Positions 14,767-24,430 of a DNA stretch of 26,252 nucleotides are shown in pieces. The notes under the pieces are model-generated. The model was not told where the DNA came from. It made no database searches and was given only the letters and a program-made list of their open reading frames with translations. Numbering within the stretch: the first letter of the stretch is position 1; the number at the start of each line of letters is the position of its first letter. Position numbers and translations under genes: made by a program. The DNA comes from Elusimicrobiota bacterium (lineage in GTDB: Bacteria; Elusimicrobiota; Elusimicrobia; Elusimicrobiales; UBA9959): the NCBI GenBank assembly GCA_027340875.1, contig DAIENX010000051.1, positions 1-26,252 of the forward strand, written 5' to 3'.

Positions 14767-15963
14767 ATGCGTATCTTCCGCAAGACCAAGGTCGCCCTGT
14801 TGAGCGCGGCTTTCTTGTTTTCCTGCGGTCCGTTGAGGGTCTCGGCGCTGTCCTCCGGCGGGGGGCAGCGGGACTTCGCTATAGCCTTCTCCCCGGAAGA
14901 ACTGCAGGCGCCCCAGGTGCCGGCGCCGCTGGCGGCTGTCCGGACCGGTGACTTCAGCTCGGTCACCCCGTACAATTTCGCCTACCTGAACGACCTCAAC
15001 ACCAAGCTGATAGACCTGGCGGACAGCAGCGTCGACGTGGTGATGTTCAGCATAACCCTGAAGGACAACCCCGACGCCCTGCTGCGGGCCAAGGAGCGCG
15101 GCGTGAGGATACGGATGGTCGTGGACGAGTCCCATCTCTATCCGAAGGCGGACCCGCAGATAAAGCGGCTGATCTCGGCCGGCGTGGACATACGCACGCT
15201 GCGCGGCACCGGCCGCTACGGCGTCAACCACAACAAGATCCTGATCTGCGACGGCAAGGCCGTGGCCGTCGGTTCCTACAACTGGACCTTCGGCGCCACC
15301 TTCTCCAACCACGAGAACACGATGGTCGCCCAGCACCCCGCCTATCTGGCCGGCTACAACGCTTACTTCGAGTGGATGTGGTCCAAGGCGCGCGTCCTTT
15401 CCCAGGGGCCGTCCCAGGAGGTTCCCGAGGGTTATTACGGCAAGCCGCCGCAGGACCCCTCCCCGGTCATGGAGCTCAACGGGACCAAGGTGCCGGCCTA
15501 CCTGTTCTCGCCCGGCTCCGCCACCGAGGACCGCCTGGCCGCCATTCTGAGGGCCTCGCGCCGTAGCGCCGACATCGTCACCTTCTCTTTCTCCTCCCGC
15601 GTTCTGGCCGAGGCCGTCATCGACGCCAATAGGAGGGGCGTAAAGGTGCGCTTCCTGATGGACAGGAACATGGCCAAGGGCTCGGGCCTGGCAAAGCTGC
15701 TTTTCTCGGCCGGGGTGCCTTTCCGCTGGGGCATAGGCCGCAACGAAAAAGGGGCCCTGCACGACAAGTTCGCCATCCTGGACGGGGTTGTCATGGAGAC
15801 CGGCTCCTTCAACTGGACCTCCAACGCCAGCCGGCATTCCTTCGAGAACGTCATCTTCACCAACGACGCGGAGGCCATAAAGGCCTACCAGTACGTCTTC
15901 GACTGGCTTTACGATCACGCGGAGGCTCCCGCAGCCGCCGATTTCGACTCCGAGGCCCAATGA
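14767..15963 (+). CDS. Exported phospholipase D superfamily protein with two HKD domains (Nuc-like nuclease/PLD)
   Basis: HNKILICD...GSYNWT...NHEN and HDKFAILD...GSFNWT...SFEN. N-terminal signal or possible lipoprotein peptide. Confidence 0.9.
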   Translation: MRIFRKTKVALLSAAFLFSCGPLRVSALSSGGGQRDFAIAFSPEELQAPQVPAPLAAVRTGDFSSVTPYNFAYLNDLNTKLIDLADSSVDVVMFSITLKDNPDALLRAKERGVRIRMVVDESHLYPKADPQIKRLISAGVDIRTLRGTGRYGVNHNKILICDGKAVAVGSYNWTFGATFSNHENTMVAQHPAYLAGYNAYFEWMWSKARVLSQGPSQEVPEGYYGKPPQDPSPVMELNGTKVPAYLFSPGSATEDRLAAILRASRRSADIVTFSFSSRVLAEAVIDANRRGVKVRFLMDRNMAKGSGLAKLLFSAGVPFRWGIGRNEKGALHDKFAILDGVVMETGSFNWTSNASRHSFENVIFTNDAEAIKAYQYVFDWLYDHAEAPAAADFDSEAQ

Positions 15964-16115
15964 TGCCGGCGCGGTATCTTTAGCGCCCCGGCCGGCCTGG
16001 ATTTGGTCCCCAACGGGGGGATTTTTGTATAATACGTCAGTAGGGTGACTGGGTAACCAGCCGATATCCCATTTCCGCGGCAAAGCGGATATGGGGCCGC
16101 AGGGGGAGGATCGTC

Positions 16116-16973
16116 ATGACTTCGTCAGGTAGGCTCAATAAGGAAAACCGGGGACCGGAGGCCGAGCATAAGGCTCTGCCGGACGGCTACGGCAGCACCG
16201 AGGCCGCGCTGCTGCCGCGCGACCCCAACTGGATGTTTATCTATTGGGAGATCTCCGACAACTCCCGCGTCAACCTGAAGCGCAAGCACGGCGCCGACAT
16301 CTTCGAGAAGGGCAGGCAGGTCATCCGCGTCCACGACGCCTCCGACGGCGCCAAGGCCTTCTTCGACATCACGGTCATGCACGAGGCCCGCAGTTGGTAC
16401 GTCAACGTGCAGGAGCCGGGGCGCGCCTATTTCTGCGAGGTGGGGCTGGTGCTGCCGGACGGGACCTTCATCTCCATAGTCAAGACCAATACGGTAAGCC
16501 TGCCTGCCGGCCGCGTCTCGGACGTCACGGACGAGAAGTGGATGGCCGTCACCGCGGATTTCGACAAGCTGCTGCAGCTCTCGGGCGTGGAGTACATCGG
16601 CAAGGGTTCCGGCGAAGTGGCCAAGTCCCTGGCCCAGCGCTGGGAGATGCTGAGGGCCGTTTTCAGCCGCGCCTCCTCCTGGGGCGTGAGTTCCATGTCC
16701 TCGCAGGCCCTGCACAAGCAGCCGGAGGAGGCCAGGAAGTTCCGCCTGGTGGCCGACTGCGAGCTGATACTCTACGGGGCCACCGAGCCCGACGCTTTCG
16801 TCACCGTGGCCGGCCGCAAGGTCAGCCTGAACCCGGACGGCACCTTCAGCATGCGCTTCGCGCTGCCCGACGGCGAGATGGGGCTGCCGGTCAAGGCCAT
16901 GTCCAAGGACGAGAAGGATCTCAGGGAGATAGACATTAAGGTCCGCAGGACCACCAAGACTGATGGCAAATAA
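16116..16973 (+). CDS. DUF4912 domain-containing protein
   Basis: LPDGYG...LLPRDPNWMFIYWEI, RSWYVNV. C-terminal FRLVADCELILYGATEPDA...DGTFSMRFALPDG. Typical neighbour of GH57 genes. Confidence 0.85.
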   Translation: MTSSGRLNKENRGPEAEHKALPDGYGSTEAALLPRDPNWMFIYWEISDNSRVNLKRKHGADIFEKGRQVIRVHDASDGAKAFFDITVMHEARSWYVNVQEPGRAYFCEVGLVLPDGTFISIVKTNTVSLPAGRVSDVTDEKWMAVTADFDKLLQLSGVEYIGKGSGEVAKSLAQRWEMLRAVFSRASSWGVSSMSSQALHKQPEEARKFRLVADCELILYGATEPDAFVTVAGRKVSLNPDGTFSMRFALPDGEMGLPVKAMSKDEKDLREIDIKVRRTTKTDGK

Positions 16974-18582
16974 CGAAAAAGGCTACCTCGCTTTAGTTCT
17001 TCACGCGCATCTTCCGTTCATCCGCCATCCAGAGTACGACGACTTCCTCGAGGAGGACTGGTTCTTCGAGGCGATGTGCGAGACCTACCTGCCGCTGCTC
17101 GACATCTACGAGCGGCTGACGGCGGAGGGGACGGACTTCCGCGTCACGATGTCGCTGACGCCGCCGCTGTGCAACATGATGGCGGACGAGCTGCTGCGCG
17201 AGCGCTTCCGCCGCTACTACAACCTGCGCCTGGAGCTGGCCGAGAAGGAAGCGGTACGCACCCGCAACACCCCTTACCAGGACGCGGCCAGGATGTACGA
17301 GGCCAAGTTCAGGCGCATCCGCGAGCTCTACGAGGACTACTACCACGGCCGCATCCTGGACGGGTTCAAAAAGTTCCAGGACATGGGCAAGCTCGAGATC
17401 ATCACCTGCGGCGCCACGCACGGCTTCCTGCCGCTGGCGCTGCGCAAAGAGGTGGTGCACGCGCAGGTCAAGCTGGCCGCCGACGACTACAGGAAGCATT
17501 TCGGCCGCGGGCCGCGCGGCATCTGGCTGGCCGAGTGCGCCTACAACCCCGGCGACGACGTATTCCTGCGGTCCCAGGGCATCCGCTACTTCTTCCTCGA
17601 GACGCACGGCATCATCTACGGCAGTCCGCGCCCGCGCTACGGCGTGTACGCGCCGGTCTACTGCCCGTCGGGCGTGGCCGCTTTCGGCCGCGACATGGAG
17701 AGCGCGCAACAGGTCTGGAGCGCCGAGACCGGCTATCCCGGAGATCACCGCTACCGCGAGTTCTACCGCGACCTGGGCTACGACCTGGAATATGACTATA
17801 TCAAGCCCTACCTGCACCAGGACGGCGTTCGCCGCAACATCGGTCTCAAGTACCACAAGATAACCGGGCGCGTGCCGCTGGACCAGAAGGCCCCTTACAA
17901 CCCGCACGAGGCCCGCGACGTCGCGGCCTCCCACGCCGGCAACTTCATGTTCAACCGCGAGCGGCAGATAGAGCACCTGGAGGGTTTCCTCGGGAAGAAA
18001 CCCATAGTGGTCTCCATGTACGACGCGGAGCTCTACGGCCACTGGTGGTACGAGGGCACGGACTTCCTGGAGTTCCTCTTCAAGAAGGTGCATTACGACC
18101 AGAAGACGATAAAGATGGTCACGCCGAGCGAGTACCTGTCGATGCACCCCGACAACCAGGTGGTGCAGCCGTCCATGTCCACCTGGGGGGACAAGGGCTA
18201 CAACGAGGTGTGGCTCAACGGCACCAACGACTGGATGTACCGCCACCTGCACAAGCAGGCAGAGCGCATGGTGGAGCTGGCCAACAAGTTCCCGCGGGCC
18301 GCCGGCACGCTGAAGCGCGCGCTGAACCAGTGCGGACGCGAGCTGGTGCTGGGTATGTCCTCTGACTGGGCCTTCCTGATGACCGTCGGTACCGCCAAGA
18401 GCTATTCCACCAAGCGCTTCGTTTCGCACACGCACCGCTTCAACGGGCTGTACGAGCAGATCATGGGGAACCGCCTCGAGGAGGGCTGGCTGAAGGAGCT
18501 CGAGTGGAAGGACAACATCTTCCCGGAGATGAGCTACCGGGTCTTCTCTACGAAGGAGATGGAAAAGGCCGCGAAGGGCTGA
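16963..18582 (+). CDS. GH57 1,4-alpha-glucan branching enzyme (DUF1957 C-terminus)
   Basis: LHAHLPF, ETYLPL, THGFLP. Nucleophile in WLAECAY, acid/base in YDAELYGHWW. SSDWAF. Confidence 0.92.
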   Translation: MANNEKGYLALVLHAHLPFIRHPEYDDFLEEDWFFEAMCETYLPLLDIYERLTAEGTDFRVTMSLTPPLCNMMADELLRERFRRYYNLRLELAEKEAVRTRNTPYQDAARMYEAKFRRIRELYEDYYHGRILDGFKKFQDMGKLEIITCGATHGFLPLALRKEVVHAQVKLAADDYRKHFGRGPRGIWLAECAYNPGDDVFLRSQGIRYFFLETHGIIYGSPRPRYGVYAPVYCPSGVAAFGRDMESAQQVWSAETGYPGDHRYREFYRDLGYDLEYDYIKPYLHQDGVRRNIGLKYHKITGRVPLDQKAPYNPHEARDVAASHAGNFMFNRERQIEHLEGFLGKKPIVVSMYDAELYGHWWYEGTDFLEFLFKKVHYDQKTIKMVTPSEYLSMHPDNQVVQPSMSTWGDKGYNEVWLNGTNDWMYRHLHKQAERMVELANKFPRAAGTLKRALNQCGRELVLGMSSDWAFLMTVGTAKSYSTKRFVSHTHRFNGLYEQIMGNRLEEGWLKELEWKDNIFPEMSYRVFSTKEMEKAAKG

Positions 18583-18600
18583 ACCTTTAAGCTGCCGATG

Positions 18601-18631
18601 AAAAAGCCCGGGGACTTCCCGGGCTTTTTTT
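18601..18631. terminator. Bidirectional intrinsic terminator
   Basis: AAAAAGCCCGGGG-act-TCCCGGGCTTTTTTT between the convergent GH57 genes. Confidence 0.9.
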
Positions 18632-18646
18632 GTGCCTTCCGCGCGG

Positions 18647-21097
18647 TTATTTCGCCGCGGGCTGCTCCAGGCGGCTGTCGAAGCGCTCTATCAGCATGCC
18701 GGAGAGGGAGTAAAGCTCCTTCACCAGCGGCTGCGCGTCCTGCGGCGATCCTCCGGCCAGCGCGGTCTCGAACAGCGCCGAGAGGTAGTTCTGCAGGTGG
18801 AAGATCAGGTCGGTAGAAGCCAGGCTGCGCGCCGCTTTCAGCAGCAGAAGGAGCTGGCGCAGGCTTTCCTCGGAGGGTTCCCTGCGGGCGTTCTCCCCGG
18901 CGCGGGCGGCCAGCGCGGCCGCCTCTTCCGGGGGCGGCTCGAAAGTGTATTCCAGCCCGGAGGCCTTTATGCGCGAGGCGAAATCAGAGAACCTCTCTAT
19001 CCCGCCCGGATCGTCGGAATGAAGGGCCCGGGAGAAGAGTATTTCCGCCGCCTGCCTGGCGTAGGAGGCCGCCTGGGAGCGCAGCGGCGCCCAGGAGGAG
19101 GAGGCCTTGCCGGGAACCCTGTCCAGCAGATAGAGGTGGTCCTCGAGTATGCGGAAGATCGCGCCGGCGTGGCGGTGCTTGGCCGCTTCGGCCAGCATGC
19201 CGGCGTAAAGCGTCCTTTCGTCCCAGGAGAAATCCTCGAAGGCGACCCTGGTAAGCCCGGGCTCTTTCTCGAGCGCGTCCTGGATCGCGGCCGGCTCTCC
19301 GGAGGCGAACAGCTCGGTCAGCCGCTTGGCGGATGAAGGCTGGGCGAAGTACATCGCGGGGAACTCAAGGTCCCGTCTCAGGTAGCAGAAGGCCAGCGGC
19401 GATTCTCCCGCCGGTCCCGGCACCGTTACCGTGCCGCGCAGGCATGCGCCCTTGCCGTCCACGGCGCGCTGCTCCACTCTGACCGGCACCTGGCCGCAGG
19501 GGGGGCCGTCCTCGAGCAGGGCGTCGGCCACTATCAGCGCGGCGGCCTTCTGCCGGGCCATCTGGCTGCCGGCCAGGACCTGCGTGTAGAGCTTGAGGGC
19601 GCTGCCGGCCTCCGGGTAGGAGGAGTGCGACATCTCCAGCAGCGTCAGAAAGGCCTTGTCCGCGTTCTCGAAGCCGAGGTCCCGCATGGTCTCCGCCACG
19701 CGGGCGGCGTAGCGCAGGTTCTGCACCGCCTCGATGCGCGATACGTCGGCGAAGAACCAGCCGCAGCTGGTGAACATGAACATCGCGTGCTTCTGCATCT
19801 CCAGCAGCTCGAGGGCCCGCGCCCTGTCCCCGCGGGAGAGCTTGCGGGAGGCGTGGGCCTCGAAGAACCGGTCCGCCGCCTCCGGCGAGCGGTCCAGCAG
19901 CAGCTCCGCGTAGTCGTTGCGGGCTTCCCACGGCGCGCGGAAGAACTTGGCGGCCTCGGAGGCGTAAACGGCGGCGGCCGCCTCGCGCAGGCTGGTCAGC
20001 GCGGCCCTGAACGGCAGGCGCCACGCGGTGGAGCGGCCCTCGGAACCGCAGTCGCAGCCGCCTTTCCAGCGTCTCACGCCGTGCGCGCAGCTCCAGGCCG
20101 TCCCTTCCCCGTCGGGTCCGGGCTTTATCCTGACCTCGTCCGTGGGGGGGTGCATTTCCAGATAGGTCCCGAAATTCACCGTCTCGATGCCGCGCTTCTT
20201 CAGCTCGTGCCGGAAGGCGTGCGCGAGGGTCATGTCGGAGAACTTGTGGTGGTGGCCGAAGGTCTCGCCGTCCACGGCCATGCTGACGAGCTGCGGGCCG
20301 GAGTGGCGGGGCTTGAAGCAGGCGTCCACCCTGTCGGCGAAGACCGAGGAGTCCGCGGTGAGGCCTTCGAAGGCGGCCGCCTTGGAGAGCGGACCGTCGT
20401 AGAAGAAGACCGCCAGGCTGCGGCCGCGCCGCCTGGCGCCGTCCGGCAGCGTGTCGTGCCAGACGTAGGGTTTAGTCACGTCGAAATCCCCGTTGGAGAC
20501 GTCGGTCCACTGGTGGGCCCCGTGCGCTTTCACGCGCTCGGCCTGGTAGGGGGACAGGATGACGTACTTCATGCCCAGGTCCACCAGCAGGCGGAGAGTA
20601 TCGTCGGAGGCGGCGGTCTCCGGCAGCCACATCGCCTCAGGCTTGAAGCCGTAGCGCTTCTCGAAATCCTTTATCCCCCAGAGCGCCTGGGTCAGCTGGT
20701 CCTGGAAAGGTGCCAGCGGCATGATCATATGGTTGTAGGCCTGGGCGATGGCGTTGGAATGACCGGTCTTCTCCCTGGATTCCCTGGCCGCCTGGATTAT
20801 CCGCTCGCAGCAGAAGGGATGATGCTCCTGCAGCCAGGAGAACAGGGTGGGACCGAAGTTGAAGTTGTAGTACAGGTAGTTATTGGCCAGCTCCAAAGCC
20901 CTGCCCTGGGAATCGCTGATGCGCGCGAAGGCGTTGGGGATATAGCATTCCCTGGCGATGCGGGAGTTCCAGTCGCGGTGCGGCCAGGCCGAAGGCTGCG
21001 GGTCTATCACCCCGGTCCAGGGGTTCTCGCGCGGAGGCTGGTAGAAATGGGCGTGGAGGGCGAAATACTTGCGGTGCCCGTGCGGATGCTTGTCCAT
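18647..21097 (-). CDS. GH57 glycoside hydrolase, DUF3536 type
   Basis: HAHFYQPPRENPW, FNFGPTL, AQAYNHMIMPL, WLPETA, DGETFGHH, WSCAHGVRRW..GCDC, MFTSCGWFF. Confidence 0.92.
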   Translation of the reverse strand: MDKHPHGHRKYFALHAHFYQPPRENPWTGVIDPQPSAWPHRDWNSRIARECYIPNAFARISDSQGRALELANNYLYYNFNFGPTLFSWLQEHHPFCCERIIQAARESREKTGHSNAIAQAYNHMIMPLAPFQDQLTQALWGIKDFEKRYGFKPEAMWLPETAASDDTLRLLVDLGMKYVILSPYQAERVKAHGAHQWTDVSNGDFDVTKPYVWHDTLPDGARRRGRSLAVFFYDGPLSKAAAFEGLTADSSVFADRVDACFKPRHSGPQLVSMAVDGETFGHHHKFSDMTLAHAFRHELKKRGIETVNFGTYLEMHPPTDEVRIKPGPDGEGTAWSCAHGVRRWKGGCDCGSEGRSTAWRLPFRAALTSLREAAAAVYASEAAKFFRAPWEARNDYAELLLDRSPEAADRFFEAHASRKLSRGDRARALELLEMQKHAMFMFTSCGWFFADVSRIEAVQNLRYAARVAETMRDLGFENADKAFLTLLEMSHSSYPEAGSALKLYTQVLAGSQMARQKAAALIVADALLEDGPPCGQVPVRVEQRAVDGKGACLRGTVTVPGPAGESPLAFCYLRRDLEFPAMYFAQPSSAKRLTELFASGEPAAIQDALEKEPGLTRVAFEDFSWDERTLYAGMLAEAAKHRHAGAIFRILEDHLYLLDRVPGKASSSWAPLRSQAASYARQAAEILFSRALHSDDPGGIERFSDFASRIKASGLEYTFEPPPEEAAALAARAGENARREPSEESLRQLLLLLKAARSLASTDLIFHLQNYLSALFETALAGGSPQDAQPLVKELYSLSGMLIERFDSRLEQPAAK

Positions 21098-21104
21098 AAG
21101 TCAG

Positions 21105-21110
21105 ATTATA
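21105..21110 (-). promoter_or_regulatory. Consensus -10 TATAAT, probably giving a leaderless mRNA
   Basis: The minus strand reads TATAAT-ctgactt-ATG, with no SD. Confidence 0.55.
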
Positions 21111-21129
21111 GCGGATATGCGGGACCGGA

Positions 21130-21882
21130 TTAAACGCCGCCTAGCGACAGCAGCAGCAGCCGGGAGAGTTCGGTGTCGGCGGCCTCCGGAGAGGCGGTCT
21201 TCAGCGCCGCCAGCGGCCGGCCTGCGAGGAAGGCGGCCAGGAAGGCGTTCTTCCTGGCGCGAAAGGCCTGGGCGGAGAGCTGCTGCAGGAGCGCCCGGAA
21301 GTTCTGAAGGCTCGACGGGGCCGGCTTCCCGGCGAATGCCGAGAAATCCAGCGCCTCGGGGCGCAGCAGCAGCCGCAGCGGTCCTTCCCCGCTCACTACG
21401 TCCGCGCGGAAGAAGGTCTCCCTGACGCGGTTACGTGCGGAGGGAGGCGGCGCGCCGGCCATGGAGGCGAGCTTCGCGGCCAGTCCCTGCTTGAGCGCCT
21501 GCAGGGTGTCCGGCAGGTATTCGGCGTCGTAGGCGGCCGCGGAGAGGACGGTGATGCTGTCGAAAGGGATGAAGACCGAGAACGCGGCCCCGGAGGCCTG
21601 TATTCCCGCCCCTGCCGGAGATATCTTTTCGGTCTGCAGCGTCGGGGGGAGGGCCGGTAGTTCCGTTTCCGGAACCAGGAGCGCCGGGAAGCCGGCCGCG
21701 GCGGCCGCCGCGGAAAGACCGCGGGCCCGCTCGAGGGGAGCGTTCCTCGCCAGGAAGCCCGGGTTCTTCCTCAGGAAGGAGCGGGCGTCCTCCGGGGAAA
21801 GGCCCTCCTGCGATGAGAGGAAGGCCAGCGGGGCCAGGGGCTCCGCCGCCGGGTCGGAAAGTATCAGCGCGTAGACCGTCAC
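21130..21882 (-). CDS. Hypothetical protein (250 aa)
   Basis: Probable GTG start at 21882 overlapping the upstream TGA (GTGA). It fills the gap in a co-oriented operon. No family recognised. Confidence 0.65.
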   Translation of the reverse strand: MTVYALILSDPAAEPLAPLAFLSSQEGLSPEDARSFLRKNPGFLARNAPLERARGLSAAAAAAGFPALLVPETELPALPPTLQTEKISPAGAGIQASGAAFSVFIPFDSITVLSAAAYDAEYLPDTLQALKQGLAAKLASMAGAPPPSARNRVRETFFRADVVSGEGPLRLLLRPEALDFSAFAGKPAPSSLQNFRALLQQLSAQAFRARKNAFLAAFLAGRPLAALKTASPEAADTELSRLLLLSLGGV

Positions 21883-23159
21883 GGTTTCTTGGCCGACATT
21901 ATCTCGAGTATTATGCCGTCTACCTTGGCCATGCCGGCGCTGGAGATGCGGGAGATGTTCCTGATCGTCTCCTCGGCCGACCTGCCGACGAAGCCCTCCT
22001 CCTCGGTTATGCCCTCGCCGTTGCACGCCATCCACGCGGCGCGTATGGCCGAGTCCGCCGAAGAGGCCACCTTGAGCGCGCAGCCGCTCTTAGCCCCGTC
22101 GCAGAGCATGCCGCCTATGTCGCTGATCACGGTGTTGACCGCCAGGGAGGCCTTGCGGCGGTCCGGGCCGGAACGCTGCCAGACCACCGCCACGGCGGCG
22201 CCCACGCCGGCCGCGACCGCGCAGCCGCAGATAGGGGCCAGCTCTCCGGTAAAGACCTTGATGTAGGAGTTGACCAGGTGCGAGAGCGCTATGCTCTTCA
22301 GGATGCGGCGCTCCGGGACCTTGAAAGCCTTGCCGACCAGCCACGGCACCAGCACCGCTACCACTCCCTGGTTGCCGGATTCGCCGCTGGACATGACCGG
22401 CACCGGCACGCCAGCCATTCTGGCGTCGGTGGCGGCGGCGGAGGTAAGCTTGGCGCTGGAAAGGATGTCGCGCTTCAGGTAGCCGCTGCGGATCAGGTCG
22501 TCGACATAGTAGCCCACCTTGCGCAGCTTCAGGCCCTCGGCGGCGGCCGCGAGGTTCATCTCCACCCCGGCCTTCAGGTATTTCAGCTCGGCGGGGGTGG
22601 CGGTCTCCGCCGCTTTGAAGAGGTCCCGCAGCGAGGCCCGGCGCAGCAGCTTCTTGTAGGCCGGCACCCTTTTCCTGCCGCCGGCCGAGCCCCTGATCAC
22701 GGCCCGGCCGTTGTGCGTGAGGCTGGAGACGGAGCGGTGGCCGCCTTCCAGCACGCAGACGGCCCTGTCGGAGCCGGACCTCACCTCGGCGGAGATGTAG
22801 AGCCCTGCGCGGGAATGGTCCACGCCTATGCGCGCCCGCCCGGAGGCGGCTAGCGCGGCGGCTTCCTTTAGCCTGGCGCGGGGCAGGCCCTTGAACAGCT
22901 CGGCGCCCAGTTCCGGGCGGCGCACCACCGCGCCTACGGCCGCGGCGAGCAGGTTGCCCTTCCGGCCGCCGGTATTGGGTATGGCGACGGCCAGGCCGTT
23001 CTTGTAGGTGCCGGGGTCCGTCCTTATAACCACCGAGGTGGTCCTCCCCTTCAGCAGCTTCGCGGCGGTGGCGGCCGCGAAGGCCACGGCCACCGGCTCT
23101 GTGCAGCCCATCGCCGGGTAGACTTCGTTAGACAGAACTTCCTTTAGGAGGTTTTTCAT
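21879..23159 (-). CDS. L-cysteine desulfidase CyuA/YhaM-like (serine dehydratase alpha family, UPF0597)
   Basis: PAMGCTEPVAVA, DARMAG...MSSGESGNQG, CGCAVAAG, GMLCDGAKSGCALK. ATG at 23159 overlaps the MFS stop. Confidence 0.88.
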   Translation of the reverse strand: MKNLLKEVLSNEVYPAMGCTEPVAVAFAAATAAKLLKGRTTSVVIRTDPGTYKNGLAVAIPNTGGRKGNLLAAAVGAVVRRPELGAELFKGLPRARLKEAAALAASGRARIGVDHSRAGLYISAEVRSGSDRAVCVLEGGHRSVSSLTHNGRAVIRGSAGGRKRVPAYKKLLRRASLRDLFKAAETATPAELKYLKAGVEMNLAAAAEGLKLRKVGYYVDDLIRSGYLKRDILSSAKLTSAAATDARMAGVPVPVMSSGESGNQGVVAVLVPWLVGKAFKVPERRILKSIALSHLVNSYIKVFTGELAPICGCAVAAGVGAAVAVVWQRSGPDRRKASLAVNTVISDIGGMLCDGAKSGCALKVASSADSAIRAAWMACNGEGITEEEGFVGRSAEETIRNISRISSAGMAKVDGIILEIMSAKKP

Positions 23160-24355
23160 CAGAATGAGAATTTCCGGTTCCTGGTCCAGACGGTAAGGGC
23201 CGCCGCGGAGAGAAGGGCGCAGCCCGCGCCGAGCACGAACGGCGCGGCGGGGGAGACCTTGTCCCACAGCAGGCCGGCCAGAGCGCTGGCGGCGAAGGCC
23301 AGGAAGCCCACCGCGCCCTGGAAATAGCCCATCGCGGAGGCCCTGTTGGCGGAGGAGCTCAGATGCGAGACCACGGCCTTGGAGATCCCTTCGTTGAAAG
23401 CGCCGTAGAAGCCGTAGAGGGCGAACAGAGGCCAGATCAGCCAGGCCTTATGGGCGGCGGCGAAGCCGACGTAGACCGCCGCGAAGACGGCGAAGCCGAA
23501 GGTCATGGTCTTCACCTTGCCCAGCTTGTCGGAGAGCCAGCCCGCCGGGGACGCCAGCAGCGCGTAGACCAGGTTGTAGCCGGTGTAGGCCAGTATGACG
23601 TGCGTCAGCGTGAAGCCCATGTCCTTGGCCTTCATGATCAGGAACACGTCGCTGGAATTGCCGAGGGCGAAGATGCCGTAGAGCACGACGAAGGTCTTGA
23701 AGTCGGAGCCCATCGGCTCGGCAGCCGGGGACTGCCCGGAGGCGGCCGGCCGCTGTACAGCGTATTCCTTCACCAGCCAGACCAGCACGCCGACGCCGAG
23801 CAGAGCCGGCACGAAGGCCGCCGTGAAGATAAACCGGTAATCGGGGCTGGCAGGGCCCATCAGCTCTATCATGGCCAGGGCCGTGAGCGGGCCTATGGCC
23901 GCGCCGAGGGTGTCCATCGCGCGGTGGAAGCCGAAGGCCTTGCCCCAGTGCGCCTTGTCCACCGAGCCGGCTATCAGGGCGTCGCGGGCCGAAGTGCGCA
24001 GTCCCTTGCCTACGCGGTCGATGAAACGGGAGAACAGGACGAAATGCCAGCTGGCCGCCAGGGCCAGCACCGGCTTGGAGAGCGCGGAGAGGGAATAGCC
24101 CGCCACCACGAAAGGCTTGCGCCGGCCGGCGCGGTCGGAGAGCTTGCCGCCCAGGATCTTGAAGAAGCTGGCCGTGGCCTCCGCCACGCCCTCTATGAAG
24201 CCCACTATCTCCATCGGCGCGCCCAGCACCGAGGTGAGGAAGACCGGCACTATCGGGTACAGCATCTCGCTGGAGATATCCGTCAGCCCGCTGACCACGC
24301 CCAGCATGGTCACGTTGCGGGTCAGCCCGTCCTTCATGTCCTTAAAGAAGCTCAT
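23159..24355 (-). CDS. MFS transporter
   Basis: About 12 TM helices. GKLSDRAGRRK and GWLSDKLGK motif A; DRVGKGLRTSARDALI; AFGFHRAMDTLGA. Confidence 0.92.
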   Translation of the reverse strand: MSFFKDMKDGLTRNVTMLGVVSGLTDISSEMLYPIVPVFLTSVLGAPMEIVGFIEGVAEATASFFKILGGKLSDRAGRRKPFVVAGYSLSALSKPVLALAASWHFVLFSRFIDRVGKGLRTSARDALIAGSVDKAHWGKAFGFHRAMDTLGAAIGPLTALAMIELMGPASPDYRFIFTAAFVPALLGVGVLVWLVKEYAVQRPAASGQSPAAEPMGSDFKTFVVLYGIFALGNSSDVFLIMKAKDMGFTLTHVILAYTGYNLVYALLASPAGWLSDKLGKVKTMTFGFAVFAAVYVGFAAAHKAWLIWPLFALYGFYGAFNEGISKAVVSHLSSSANRASAMGYFQGAVGFLAFAASALAGLLWDKVSPAAPFVLGAGCALLSAAALTVWTRNRKFSF

Positions 24356-24430
24356 AATCGTGGTCGCCGCCTCCGCGGCCGCGGACTGTCGCTCAGGCTA
24401 ACGAGGGGACCCGGCCCCCGCGCGTATAAA

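Noticed and set aside
18601..18613. AAAAGCCCGGG resembling the 3' end of a guanidine-I (ykkC) riboswitch
   Set aside because: It is one arm of a terminator downstream of a stop codon, with no upstream aptamer.
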